In this document: positions 1 to 18,016 of the stretch, one piece after another
Layout: each line of letters begins with the position of its first letter
Position numbering within the stretch: the first letter of the stretch is position 1
NCBI RefSeq assembly: GCF_009914755.1
Contig: NC_060935.1
Length of the DNA: 64,000 nt
Reading direction: 5' to 3' (one strand)
Origin: the human T2T-CHM13v2.0 reference genome, Homo sapiens
The notes under the pieces: model-generated
Databases searched by the model: none
What the model was told of the DNA's origin: nothing
Seen by the model: the letters and a program-made list of their open reading frames with translations, nothing else
Translations under genes and position numbers: made by a program

Positions 1-253
1 AACTTACAATCATGGCAGAAGGTGAAAGGGAGGCAAGGTACATCTTACATGGCAGCAGGAGAGAGAGAGGGAGCATGGAAAACTGCCACTTTAAAAGTCT
101 CAGATTTCATGAGAACTCCCTCACTATCATGAGGACAGCATGGGGGAAACTGCCCCCATGATTCAGTCATCTTCCACCAGGTCCCTCCTTTGGCATGTGG
201 GGATTACCATTTCAGATGAGATTTTGGTGGGGACACAGAGCCAAACCATATCA
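1..253 (-). mobile_element. ERVL-MaLR (THE1D/MST-type) 3' LTR, cut by window start
   Basis: Ends in ggggacacagagccaaaccatatca, the reverse complement of the MaLR LTR start TGATATGGTTTGGCTCTGTGTCCCC; followed by the polypurine-tract complement ttctaccccgacccctcccaaatctca. Confidence 0.88.
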
Positions 254-4438
<4,185 letters not shown>

Positions 4439-4704
4439 AAAAGGACTCAGAAAACTTACAATTATGATGGAAGGAGAAGGAGAAGCAAGGCATGTCTTAC
4501 GTGGTGGCAGAAGAGACGAGAGAGAACAGGGAAACTGCCACTTTTAAAACCATGAAATTTTGTGAGAACTCTCTTACTATCACGAGAACAGCATGGGGGA
4601 ATCTACCTCCATGATCCAGTCACCTCCTACCACGTGCCTCTCGACATACGCAGATTACAATTTGAGATGTGATTTTAGTGGGGACACAGAGCCAAACCAT
4701 ATCG
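4439..4704 (-). mobile_element. MaLR 5' LTR, partly deleted at the internal junction
   Basis: Diverged direct repeat of 1-253 (aacttacaattatgatggaagg...gggacacagagccaaaccatatcg). Confidence 0.85.
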
Positions 4705-5296
4705 GTGCATAATACTTAATACCTCATTCATGGCAATGATCACTTCTTATCTTTCATTACAGTAATTTGATAGATAGCTTTTCTCCCATACTTGAGTGTA
4801 CAGTATGTTGTTTCTCTCTTTAAGAATATAGTTGCTGAGTGCTTGAGAGCACAACTGATTAATCTTTTGTTACTCCCACAATATTTGGCAAAATGCCGTG
4901 CATATTATAGATATTCAATAAATATTTGACTTTATAAATGAATATTTATTTGGCAATAAGAAAATTTTGATAACTTTTCTTATTTAAAATGGGAAATAGT
5001 CATAGTTTTTTTAGAACAATTAGTAACTGTACTACTAATGTTGATTAACAATTTCAATAATTATTAGTTTAAATGATAATGAACATGCATGTAATCTAGT
5101 CCTCAGGGGAAGACTAGGATTTCATCAAAATGATAGAGCCTAAGTGTACTACTTATTTCAATACATCGAAAAATTTAACAGTCATCAAACAGACATTAAC
5201 AACCAAACCACAGTGATTTTCAATGTAACATCTCCAGGATTAAGAAACAAATTGTAACATTCATTTGATGCTTAAAGACTATTCTTTCTTTCTAAG

Positions 5297-5399
5297 GTGT
5301 GATGGGAGAATATGAGCCGAAAATTGAGGTCCATTTTCCTTTCACGGTTACAGCTGCTAAAGGAACAACTGTTAAGATGGAATGCTTTGCACTTGGCAA
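5297..5399 (+). CDS. CNTN5: Internal coding exon of contactin-5 (NB-2), start of an Ig-like C2 domain; 103 nt, phase 1 in / phase 2 out
   Basis: Pyrimidine tract and acceptor (ttctttctttctaag|GTGTG), donor (GGCAA|gtaagt). Translation (G)[33 protein letters not shown](N) matches the contactin motif [28 protein letters not shown]; HFPFTVTAA and KMECF are recalled as CNTN5-specific. Confidence 0.93.
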
Positions 5400-7559
5400 G
5401 TAAGTACATGTTCTTCCATAATTAAACACAATTTTTTATTAAAATGTGACATATCTTATTTTTGGATCACTTATTTTGCTAGGTGTCATTTCCCCAGTTG
5501 TTCCATGGTGGCTATTTATTTTCTAAAAGAAGGTCAAATGGGAATTGATGAAGTAATCAGTTACAGTTATCTTCTAGTCATTTCTATGGACAACAGTTTC
5601 TATAATTTTGCTATTTTAACATAAAAAAACTTCTTTAATGAATAAAAAGCTTTACAACTTTACCTATATATCTTAAAATTTAAGTGTCATCTTTAAATTT
5701 CATTCAGTCCTTATGTAAATAAAGAAGATAGAAAGGCAAAGTACTATCTGCTCCTCATGTATAGGATGTAGATTCTTATAAGACATAATAAGACAGCAGA
5801 TAAAAATCATGAGGATAATAGTTACATAGTGATCCTGTGTATTACCTTAGTATCTCCTGAAATCATAACTTAATAGCACCAGCTGTCAATATGTACAACA
5901 TGTAATCATTTCCCAAATGAGAGAAAGAATTTATGTCACACGCTAATGCCTGCCATATTTAATGATTATATTTCTGAGGGTTTACAGCCCAGGATATATA
6001 GTCACTTGTCAATGATGTTTACAGTATAGGTATTGAGATCAGAGGCAGAAGTGGAATTTTGATTATATTTGATTATCGTATTATGATTTATTTTAAACAG
6101 AGTGTTGTTTTCTTTTTTTTTTAGGATGCTAAGACTTCAGGGTTCTTTCTAGACACTATAATTTGCATAAATGTATCTCTGTCAGAGTTACTAATTACTT
6201 AACTTCAGTTGCAGAGAGCAAACTCCCACAATATAACTATAAAGTACTCGGAGATAAAGCCAGATACACAAGTGTGATTATTAAAGTAGGCTTAGCCTTT
6301 GGGTAAGGAAAATATTAGTAAATATGACAAAAAATCAGCTAGCTAAGGTAGATTTAAGGAACGAACATAGTAAACACCGTGTTTTAATATCAAGAATGAT
6401 TAAAATAAGACATATATGCAATTCTACTTTAAGTAGAAACAACATCATAATAGACTATAAGCAAAATGAATTGTTATGTGACCCATCTTTTAAGCAAAAG
6501 ATAGCCAGAAGTAGAAATAAATTTCAAAATGTAAAATGTATCTAGGAGGTATTTGGGCAGATATCTGAGGAAGCCTCCTAAACCTAAAGATGTTAGTTAA
6601 GCGCATAAGATTGAATAATAGTTAAAAGTCTGGTTTGTCACCATTTGCTGTTCTGTGTCAAGTAGGTCTGAAAATGTCCCAAGTAAGAAGCTCAATACTG
6701 ACAAATGCAAAAATAATATATTCTGGCTTGAAGACAAGGGTTTTAGTGTATCCTGTAGTTAAATAATTCTTCAGTGCCAGAATTTATACTAAGGCCACAA
6801 ACAAAGGGAGGTCATATTGTAAAACAAATTAGAAAACTAGACTTATAGGAAAAAAACAATATAAATATTTCCCCAGGCAAGCTTATTTAATAAGTTAGAT
6901 GTGGTTGCCTTTGGAAGCCTTGAAATATGTTTAGTAAATTGAGGCTTACAGTCTCTTTCATTCTAGGTAAGACCCAACAGTCAAATCACTAAATCACTTA
7001 TGTTCTTTTAATATGTTATTTTCTTCAACCTTTCTACTCCTTCTTTGCTACCCAACTCTCAAAAGTAAATACATAAAAGGGAGTGTAAAGAAGACTGCTT
7101 CACTCAAGAAGGTCTCTTTTTATCACTTGGTGTCCTTTCTAAGAAATGTCACAATTATGGAAAAAAGAAACATCTTATGAAGATGTCTACCCTCTACCTA
7201 AAGACCAATCTGCCACCCTTATGAAAATAAACAAGATCAAAGAAATAACATCTTGACATGTGTTCATCCTTTTACAGCACATTGTCTTGTGGTGTGGATC
7301 ACCATTTCATCCCAACATAATCACAGCAATTGCAAATTAATTCCTGAGCATCCGCGTGGCTCCCACAGCTCACTTGAGCTGCTTCTTACTTCAGCAAGCA
7401 CATGGTGCTCTTGTGGGCCTTTGTCTGTTGCAAAAACTTCAGTATCTGTCACTGGATATCGTCAGGATCTTACCACTCAGGCTGTTTTCCCCCTCACTGT
7501 GTCCTAACCAAACATTCCTTGTAGAGTGTTATAACCAAATTCTGGAATGGAGCATGTCA

Positions 7560-8442
7560 AACTTTTTTTTTGTCTTGTGGCCTTTGCACTTGCTGTTTCT
7601 TACACTGGGATCTCTCTCCCCCTGTTCTTTCCATGGGGGCTCTCATTCATCCTCTGGCCTCAATTTCAATATCACTCCTGAAATAGGCTATCTATGAATG
7701 TACATGTTATCTAACTCACACCCATTATTCTCTGTCTGTATACTTTTTAATCCCTTTTTTACAGTCCTTAACACAATTTTAAATTTCCCACATACGTGTT
7801 TCTCCACTTAAAACATTTATCTGTGTCAGGATCCCAGATGTAATCAGGATCCAACTCAGACATTTCAATAGAATTTAGTAAAGTGATGAGCTGAAGATCT
7901 GTGAGCAGGCTAAGAAGAACAAGAAAAACCAAGACATGTATAAACTCCTGATAGCAATGACTCATTGTCATGTGTAATCCTGAAGGAGCAAGGGGGAGGA
8001 GATAGTGTTTCCAGAACCAGGGAAAACTGGAGATATGAAGTGGGCCAGGGATCAACCAATGGGAGCTGTAATGACTGTTGCTGTGAAGAGACACAGCCTT
8101 TATATAAGAACACAGCTGAAGAAAGGATTAGGAAATTTATATCCTGACTTCTTTTTCCTCTTGCCTTCTCATCTCCTCTGGTGGCTCTCATGGCTGAAGT
8201 CAAACAGAAGCCACTCTACAAGCCTGCGGATGCAATTGTCAGTTCACAAGGCAAGGCAGAGGGTCTGCAGGGAACAAGAAGGTGACAGGCAAGGGAGGAA
8301 AACAGAATAGCCAGCACTTTCCCCACTCTTAGGCTTTAATCCCCAAGAAGGCAGGAATCATTACTGTATTCTTCATTTACTTATTCCTAGTGCCTACCAC
8401 AGCACCTGGCACATAGCATTCAGGAAATAGGAATGAATGAAC
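7560..8442 (+). mobile_element. L2 3' fragment interrupted by an old LTR-like insert (about 7822-8315)
   Basis: cctttgcacttgctgtt and agcacctggcacatag...gaatgaatgaa are L2 3'-end motifs. Boundaries approximate. Confidence 0.6.
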
Positions 8443-8700
8443 TTAAAAATATTCCATCTACTTAATCCAATCAACTCTTTATTATTAACAGTTAATCAAA
8501 AATAAATAAGTTATTTATGCCTTATCCTGTCCCCCCCACAAATACATCATGTATACTCTGCACCTGTATCTCCTGCTCTCCCGTATTCTCTTATTTATAT
8601 CCAAAATTACATGCTATACTTGCCTCTACCTTTTCCTACCTATTCTTGCCTCACTCTATCATTTATCTTTGTTAACTTAGACCTACCATTCTCCAACTCT

Positions 8701-8848
8701 CTTTTTTATTTTTGTGGTAAGAACACTTATCATGACATCTACCTTCTTAATGAACTTTTAAGTGCACAATACAATATTGCTGACTATAGGTACTAGGTTG
8801 GCAACAGCAAATCTCTAGAACTTATTTAATTTGTATAACTGAAACTTT
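8701..8848 (-). mobile_element. Old L1 (L1MA9/L1MB-like) extreme 3' end
   Basis: ttttgtggtaagaacactt...atctctagaacttattt...ataactgaaacttt resembles L1MA9/MB 3' termini. Confidence 0.7.
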
Positions 8849-9228
8849 ATTTTTATTTTATTCTCAAAGCATATTTTCATGTCCAAGTTGTACTTACTGT
8901 TTAACATGACAACCCAAAAAAACTTTCTTGATCTACTGCCTCTTAAGAAGGATTTGTTTGTTGGCTTTTTTGAGGCTAAGGATAAGAGAGATTTATCATA
9001 TCTATAGAAGCTAGGGCAAAGGATGGGGTGAAAAATATTTATATATCACAAAGTGTAATATTTTATATAATAATGGTTTGAGGGACAAACAAAGAAGATC
9101 ATAAGTACAAAATCTTGCTATTTTCAACTTTACCTGTTCCCAGCCTTAGCGGAGTAATTCACATTTCCTACCATAAATCACTGTTTTTTATCATGTTATT
9201 CATTGAACCAAATATGTTCCTAGATATA

Positions 9229-11623
9229 CAGTCATTCCTTGGAGATATTTGAGGTTCAGTTCCAGATGCCACAATAAAGCAAATTTCACAATGAAGAAAG
9301 TCACATGAATTTTTTGGTTTTCCAGAGCACACAGAAGTTATGTTTACATTATATTGTATGTTATTAAGTAGGCAGTAGCATTTACATGCCTGGCTTACAT
9401 ACATACAACAATTTACACACGTTGATTTAAAAATATTTTATTGCTAAAAATTGCTCATGCTGATATAAGTCTTCAGCAAATTATCATCTTTTTGCTGATG
9501 ACTGATGCTATTGACTGATAAGGGTGGTGGCTGCTAAAGGTTGGGGTGGCTGTGGCAATTTATTAAAAGAAGACAACAATAAGGTTTGTCACATTGATTG
9601 ACTCTGTAGCTTATGATGCTGTTAGATAGCATTTTACCCACAGTAGAACTTCTTTCAAAATTGGAGTCAATTCTCTCTAACTCTGCCACCACTTTGTCAA
9701 CCAAGTAGATGTAATGGTCCAGATCCTTTGTTGTCATTTCAACAATGTCCACAGCATCTTTTCCAGGACTACACTATCTCAAGAAACCCCTTTCTTTGCT
9801 CATCCATAAGAAGCAACTCTTCATTCAACTTTTATCGTGAGATTGCAGCAATTCAGTCACATCTTCCTGTTCCACTTCTAGTTCTTGTTATCTTGCTGTT
9901 TTCATCACATCTGCATTTACTTTCCCCACTAAAGTTTTGAACCCCTCCAAGTTATCCATGAGGGTTAGAACCACTTCTTCCAAATTCCTATTAATATTTT
10001 GACCTTCCATGAATCACAGCTGTTCTTAATGTATATAGAATGGCGAATCCTCTCTAGAAGGTTTACAATTTACTTTGCTCAGATCTATCAGTGGAATAAT
10101 TATCTATGGAATCTCTACCCTTATAAAATGTATTTTGTAATTCATTCTTAAGTCATTGGATTTGAAATTTGAAAATTACTCCTTGATCCATGGGCTACAA
10201 AATTGATTTTGTGTTAGCAGGCATGAAAATAACATTAATATTGCTCATCTACATCAGAGCTCTTGGGTAATGAGATGCATTGTCAATGGACAGTAGTATT
10301 TCTCTTTGCTAATGAGATGCACTGTCAATGGACAGTATTATTTTGAAAGGAATGTTTTTTTCTGAGCAGTAGGTCTCAACAGTGGGCTTAAAATATTTAG
10401 TAAACCATGCTGTAAACATGCAGTGTCACCAGGCTTTGTTGTTCCATTTCAAGAACACAGAGTAGATTTAACATAATTCTTAAGGGCCCTATGATTTTCA
10501 AATTGGTAAATGAGCATTGGCTTCAGTTTCAACGTCACCAGCTGCATTAGCTCCTAACAAGAAAGTTAGCCTGTCCTTTGAAGTTTTGAAACCAGACACT
10601 GACTTGTTTTTAGCTATGAAAGTCCTAGGTTGCATCTTCTTTCAAAATAAGGCTGTTTTGTCTACATTGAAAATCTGTTGTTTAGTGTAGCCATTTCCAT
10701 CAATTATCTTAGCTAGATTTTCTGAATAACTAGCTGAAGTTTTCACGTCAGCACTTGCTACTTCACCTTCCACTTTAATGTTATAAAGATAGCTTCTTTC
10801 CTTAAACCTTATAAACCAGCCTCTGCTAGGTTCAAACTTTTCTCTTGCAGCTTCCTCACCTCTGTCAGCCTTCATAGAATTGAAGACATTTAGGGCCTTT
10901 CTGTGAGTTAGGTTTTGGCTTCAGGGAATGTTGTGGCTGATTTGATCTACCCAGACCATTAAAACTTTCTTTCTATCAGCAATAAGCCTGTTTTGCTTTC
11001 TTATCATTTGTGTTTTCACTGGAGTAGCAATTTTAATTTCCTTCAAAAACTTTTTTTTTTTCATTCACAAGTCGGCTAACTGAGCACAGGCCTAGCTTTC
11101 AGTCTGTCTTGGTTTTTGACTTGCCTTCCTCACTAAGCTTAATTTCTAGCCTTTGATTTAAACTGACAGATGTGCTGCTCTTCCTTTCACTTGAACACTT
11201 AGAAACCATTGTAGGGTTATTAATTGGCTTAATTTTAATATTATTGTGTCTCAGGGAATAAGAAATCCTGAAGAGAGGGAGAGAGATGAGGGAGTGGCCA
11301 GTTGATGGAACAGTCAGAACACATACATTTATTATTTTAGTTTGCTGTCTTCTATGGGCATAGTTCATGGAGCTTCAAAACAGTTACAATAATAACATTG
11401 AAAGATGACTAATCACAGATCATTATAACAGACATAATAAAAAATTGAGATGCTCCAAGAATTTCCAAAATGGGACACAGTGATAATAAGTGAAAGCAGG
11501 CTATTAGAAAAATTGTGCCAGTAGATTTGCTTGACATAGCATTGCCACAGACCTTCAATTTGTGAAAAACACAGTGTCTGCAAAACACAATAAAGTGAAG
11601 TGCAATAAAATAATGTGTGCCAG
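9229..11623 (-). mobile_element. Near-full-length Tigger1 DNA transposon with decayed pogo-like transposase
   Basis: Terminal inverted repeats cagtcattcc.../...tgtgccag, each flanked by TA. Transposase fragments 10642-10875 ([12 protein letters not shown]..., [10 protein letters not shown]), 11099-11368 and 9534-9752. Length about 2.4 kb. Confidence 0.92.
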
Positions 11624-12619
11624 TACCTTCTGTCTTAAGAAAAAATAATTCACTTATTAATTCAGAGGTGTCAAAATATAAGAGTTGGGCTTTGTGTAGC
11701 TCATTTCATAAATATAGTAGACTAAAGTACCTCAAAGAACCTAGAACCAAATGCAGGTCTGCAAGCTCTGAAAGCCAACTATGTTCTAGGGACTGTCATA
11801 TCTTCCAGGATTTCCATAGTCTCTGTTCTCAAAGAAATTGCATTATATCTTCAAATATTTTGCTGAATGTAATATTACACCTTGAGTCCATTCTTAATCA
11901 TTATGTAAACATACGCTATGGACCTTGACCAAGCTGTCCTCTAATAGCCAACCTTTATCTCCACAGAAATTCACTATTCGCCTTTTTGGTTCCAAGTTTA
12001 AACTAAGACTTAACAACCTAACAGCAAATTTTCTTCTTTTGAACTCTCTTTGGCCCTTGACATGATCTAATGAATCTTCGATAAGCCAAATTAGGAAATT
12101 TCTTTGATTTTTAAAGAATCATACATTCAAACCGTGTTAGAATACTGGTTCATTGTGATTTCTCTTGGAAAGTACAGTTACCTTTTTATGATCTGTCCTT
12201 AATGGTGTTCAGTTTTTGTTACTTAGAGCGTGCATATTAGTGCAGCTATAATGCACAGATAATTTTTCCATATATAAGCTTATATCTTTCCCGTATTCTT
12301 TAAGAAAAAGGAAAACAAATAATTGTAGGTTATCAAATTTTACTATATTTTGATATCACCCAAATTTACCAACCTGCCTCATTTGAAGTTAGGTAAAAAG
12401 TCTACTAAAAAGCCATAAGCTGCAAGCTTTCTCCTAAAGAAACCTCTGCTTAAATCTGAATTTAGCGAAAATTCAGATGTTTTCTCTACAGGCTGCTGGA
12501 GCAGAACTCAACAAGAGTGTACTAGTTTACTCCTAGAAATAGCTCTTAAAATAGAATTGCACAAGGTTGAGTACAGAACTTTTAAAGTGACCGTGACATG
12601 CTATATCATGCTATACTGT

Positions 12620-13010
12620 CTGTAAAGGTATTTCCCCAGAAAAATGGGAAGTGTTTCAAGAGAACCCATAGGGAAACAAAGGTATGTAAAGGCCTGGGTA
12701 ACACAGCAAAGTGTAAAAAAAAAAATGGAGGGGGATTAATTAGTTGGAAAGAAAGGACTGGTTTAGACATATGGAAGGTTATTATCAAGAGATTGCTCAC
12801 AAGCTGTTCTCCAGTTTCAACAAGGGAGGGAGTGAAATTCCAACAGTATGGGATTAAACTAGAAGAATTAGATTGGGTGTAATGTAGAAGTTCATGAAAA
12901 AATGAGTTGTTACAGGGAAACTGGGTTATCAGGAGAGGCAGTGGAAGCTCTTTGCCTGAACTGCTGTAAGAATATAATAATGCCCATTTGTCTTCTAATG
13001 GTTTAGATGT
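12620..13010 (+). mobile_element. L3/CR1 LINE 3' fragment
   Basis: agctgttctcc...gggattaaact...ggcagtggaagctctttgcctg...cccatttgtct resembles the CR1/L3 3' region; highly diverged. Confidence 0.55.
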
Positions 13011-16000
13011 AATGTTCCCTGAAAGGAGAGAAATGATCTGGGTCAGGATTGGAAACGAAAATTTAAATATTTTCTTTTGCTGGCTGCCCATCCACACATT
13101 CTCAGGCTGAATATTAAGAGTAGAAGGATAGAATCAGGCAGACTTAATTAACTGCCTTTTGGCAGTGACATTATTACATAACATTTCAAACTGGTTGGTG
13201 GCATATCCAGGAAGTAGAAATGATGAGTGTTGACTTTTCTTGCTCAGCATTCAATCTAGGTTCCTTAATGGAAATGGGGTTATTGTGGATATTTCCAAGG
13301 TCGGCTTTTAAACATCAGGTACAATACTCTTGAAAGGGATTGAGAGATAAAGGGGTCAAGGGACAATGCAAGCAAGGAATCCCTTAGGACCCTAATAAAT
13401 ATTTCATTTCAGTGGTTCTTTCTAAATGCAGTATATAATTAAACATTGGTGATGTTTTCAACTGGGTGTGCTCAGTGTTTAAGTCCAGCCCATACAAGTT
13501 GTTAACTAAGTAACACAGGGTAAAAATGAGAACTTTATGGAAAGTCAGTAACTACAGAAAGCAGCTACCATCTCTAGAGGTAAGGGGGGAAAAAAAGAAT
13601 TAGAATTAATAAAAATTAGAACCTCAGATGTACCCCTAGGACCAAGAATTCTGAGGAATGGACGAAGTGGGACACAATGAAGCCTCTCCTGAAAGTGTTG
13701 GGAAAAAACTTGAACTGTATTTTATTGCTGCTAAGGGAAGGATTCCCTGCTGAGGTGCCATTCAGGGGCTATCGAGCTGACAGGAAGCCCCTGGGAAACC
13801 CACAGGAAATAAACAACGATGGTGTTCCTTCTGGCTTCTTCAGCCTTGCAATCTCCCTACAGTGCCCCCTCCTGGCAGTGTAGAAATGTGGTTTTCAGAA
13901 CCCTTGCCCCAGTACCACAAAGCCTAGTAGAGGATGGAGCTGAGAGGTGGTCATTTAAACAGTAGCACCAATTCCACTTGACATTTTCAAACCCATCTCT
14001 TAATCAACTGCACCCCTTACTATACCTCAGCCATCCTGGCTTTGCCACATCTGTGGCTCTGTGACACAGTTTCCTCTGTCTAAAATATCTATCCTGCCCC
14101 ACAATCCTATTCAGTAAGGCTTACGTCAAATGCCCCTCCTCCATTAATCCTCCCTGCTTTTCTTGAGCTCCAGTCTCTTACCTTTCAGTGTGACCACCTA
14201 CATTTCACTATTTAGCCTGCCCCACTGGAACAGCTATAGATATCTGTCTTCTTTAGTGTGCTGAATTTTGGGATCCCTAGAGCATTATTAGATGCAGCGG
14301 GTGCTGAATATGTACACTGAATGAATTCAGGTATGAGAAATGTGATTGATCTTTCATAACAGGAGGTGTGTTACTGCCTTTGGTTTGGCCAGACAGATGT
14401 CTCCAGATGCTTTCACATGTTTTGGCCTTGAAAATTCTTACCACATTTACATTAGCTATAGTTTTCTGGCAAGTTTCATTTCACCGTGTGACCTTTTACA
14501 GACCCTAGAAAGAGCACTAGATATGTCAACTAGCCTCCAACAGAAACAGAAGTAAAATCTGGTCACTGATGCTTAAATGACCCAATACACAAGGGCAAAC
14601 AGGGTTACTCTGTAATAAAAAAGCCAAACGCTACAAAACAACATCAGTTTATCCATAATGACAGGCCTGCCAGCTAATAGTGTTACAGGCAGATTTTCTC
14701 TTTTTTTCTCTCTTTTTAAAAAATTTTACATGTTTCTTATCTTGCTCTTGCAGCCATTAACACACAATCAGATCTGCTCTGCTCAAAAGGCCTTGAACCT
14801 GTTACTGTAATAATTATGTGAATGACATTTGCAAACTCATCTGAAATCTTGTGGTGAGGTGGGAGGGAAGAACACATTCAATTTCCTGCCCTTTTTAGTT
14901 CCTGCTTATCTCTCTTTCAGATACCATTTACAAATAGTCTTTTGTTACACTCCATCAAATGCCTATTAGGGAACCAGGGTATTAAGTATTTTTTTCTCTT
15001 TTTATATGTTTACTGTAAATAAAAAGCCACTAGTTATCAATTCATAAAATTATTTTTGCTGTAGTTTATGTTTTCCTTTCCTCACCCCTTAGCTAAGCTG
15101 TCTCAAATGGCTGCTCTTGTGTCCCATTGTAACTGTGAGAATGACAAATATTCCTCTGAGACTTCCTACAGTGTGCAACTGGCAAACGTTCCTGGAAGAA
15201 CCTGCTCTTTAGTTACAGATTGATGATTTATTAATACTGTTTATTTGGAGCTGCCAGTCACTAAGGGCTGTAGGAATTAAAAATGAATTGGAGTTATGTG
15301 GTATTTGTCTATCAAACTAAAATCAAATTACTTAATCATTAGGTTGACAGAAGATCTGGGGATAGGAGTCAGTCTCTGGGTGTTGGAATCAATAAACATT
15401 TAGGCCTCACAGGAAAGTGGTGCATTACAGAATCAAGAAAATTGCCATCATGAACTATTGCTTGCTTTAGTATGGTTGAGATGAAGGACACATCCTCATT
15501 TCAGATGGTACCCAGAGGTGATGGATCCTAAAAGAACCTTAAGGATTGCATGACCTAACAAACGTGAATTTGTAAATGGAAAACTGAGACTTCTCAAGGA
15601 ATGGCTAGACGTGTGGATGTACCGCTCAGGCTAATGTTTTGATGCAACTTCCTGTGATGTTCTTGACGTGTTCAACATTCTTTCATAGGGCAAACTTTGA
15701 AGGAAATATTTAATTTACTTATAGGCTTTTACACTGAGAGGTGTTATGTGTTTTCAGGGAAACAGGACCAATTTATTATTCACATTTAGAGTCAAAGTTA
15801 ACTGGCATCATATTTCCAGCTTTTCCACGGCTGCCCTAGAACTAGTTAACCTGCCTCAGGAGAGAAACTGTATACATGTGCAAGGCCAAACAGCTAATGT
15901 GTGTGGCCTATAGAGGCAGAACTAGATACCCTGATGCTAATTAATAGTATTCTCAGTTTACAGTTTTTCAGTTGCTAAGAGTAATTTTTACTTTGTCACA

Positions 16001-16272
16001 GCAAACATTATATTCTGAATGCCCTGAAGCATCTCAGTGAGTGAGAATTAGGAATCTTAATAGGCAAGACAAGTTAACAAGAACATGAAGCAAAAGATAA
16101 TCCCCAAATTGTAAGATTTTTACTTGGATTAGTTTAGACTTATCCAACAGCTTTCTTTTAAGTTAATCTCCCAGGAATTTCCATGGAAAAGTTTCTTCCT
16201 CTGGGATGATCGTAAGATCAGCAACTATTTGGATGCTGAGATTCAAAAACAGGATGTAAAGAATTACTTTAT

Positions 16273-16614
16273 TAAAAGAATGAAGTTATGCCTTTTGCAG
16301 CAACATGTACATAACTGAAAGCCATTATCCTGAGTGAAACAACTCAGAAACAAAGAGAAATACCACATGTTCTCACTTACAAATGGGAGCCAAATAATGT
16401 GTACACATGGGCATATGCTGTGGAGTAATAGTCAATGGAGACTCAGAAGTGTGGGAGGGTGGGAAACGGGTGACAGATGAGAAATTACTTAATGGGTATA
16501 AGGTACATTAGTCAGTTAATGATTACACTAAAAGCCCAGACTTCACCACTACACAATATAGCCATGTAACCAAACTGCACTTGTACCCCATAAACTTATA
16601 CAAATAATAAAAAA
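16273..16614 (+). mobile_element. L1MA1-3/L1PB-type 3' end
   Basis: cttttgcagcaacatg...accacatgttctcactta...actgcacttgtacccc followed by an A-rich tail. Confidence 0.85.
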
Positions 16615-17722
16615 GACTTAGTATATCCATCAGAAGTTTCTAACTTTATTGTATCCCATACCCCTACAAGAATCACCAGGTACATAATCTTGACACTTGA
16701 ATAGGACATCAGTGGAACAAAAAAGGACAATTTTAACCAAAAAGTTGTCAACAATCTGAGTATATGTAAAACTAAACTTCTACCTTGTCCTGGATGGTTT
16801 CCATATCACACTCAGATTCCAACAACATCTCTGACATGTTATCTCACTGGATTACAAACAGGAATGAATTTAGGCAAATTATGTATCCCATTTGACCTGT
16901 TTCCTTATTTTGAACTCTCACAGTCTTGGATTTCTAAAAGTGTTATATCATCATCATCCACAAATTCCCACTGAGTATTCTACTAGAAATTGAAATGTTT
17001 CCCTAACAGTTATCTCTTCTAATGGTGATTTAACAACTATATTGCTACTTTTAAAGCCGATTTATCTAACAATAAACTTGCTTGAATATCTTTGTTTGAG
17101 ATCTCATTCTATCTCATATGTTTTATGACAATACTCAATTTTTAAATCTATCATAGTACATGTATTCTTAAAAGTAGTATGTGTCTTACTGAATCACTGT
17201 ACTTTGAACTAAGCATGCTCGTCATGTGTCTAATATAGTCATATTTGTATTAGTTAAGCTAAGAGAACAACAAACTTCTCCACTAGAGAAAGATCAATTT
17301 AGAACTTCAAGAAGGTTTTCATATGCAGTTCTTAGAATGATTTCATGGTAACTTGGAAATTAGGTACCAAGTGTCAGTAATGTGCATGCCATTAGAATTT
17401 CATGCATTCAAAAATTTTGTATTTATTATTTCAATAACTTTGAAAATTTGAATATGTGATGATCTAGTGTGAATTACTAATGTTATATATACCACATTTG
17501 ATGCAGCCCTCTGCATAACAGCAGTATCTCTAACTCACCTCAAACCATTGGCATCATTATCGACCTCTGCCAAATCTTCCATCCCAATCTGCCAGACATT
17601 TAAAACCTCTCAAGTCCCCCCTCTCCATTTTATTCTATTTTTCACAAACATAGTTCAAATCTATTATTATTGGACAAATTTGGCTCTCTTACCTCTGCTG
17701 CAAATAAGACTAGAGATGTTGT

Positions 17723-18016
<294 letters not shown>

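Noticed and set aside
5382-5624. 80-aa ORF overlapping the exon end
   Set aside because: Out of frame with CNTN5 and runs into the intron; chance ORF.
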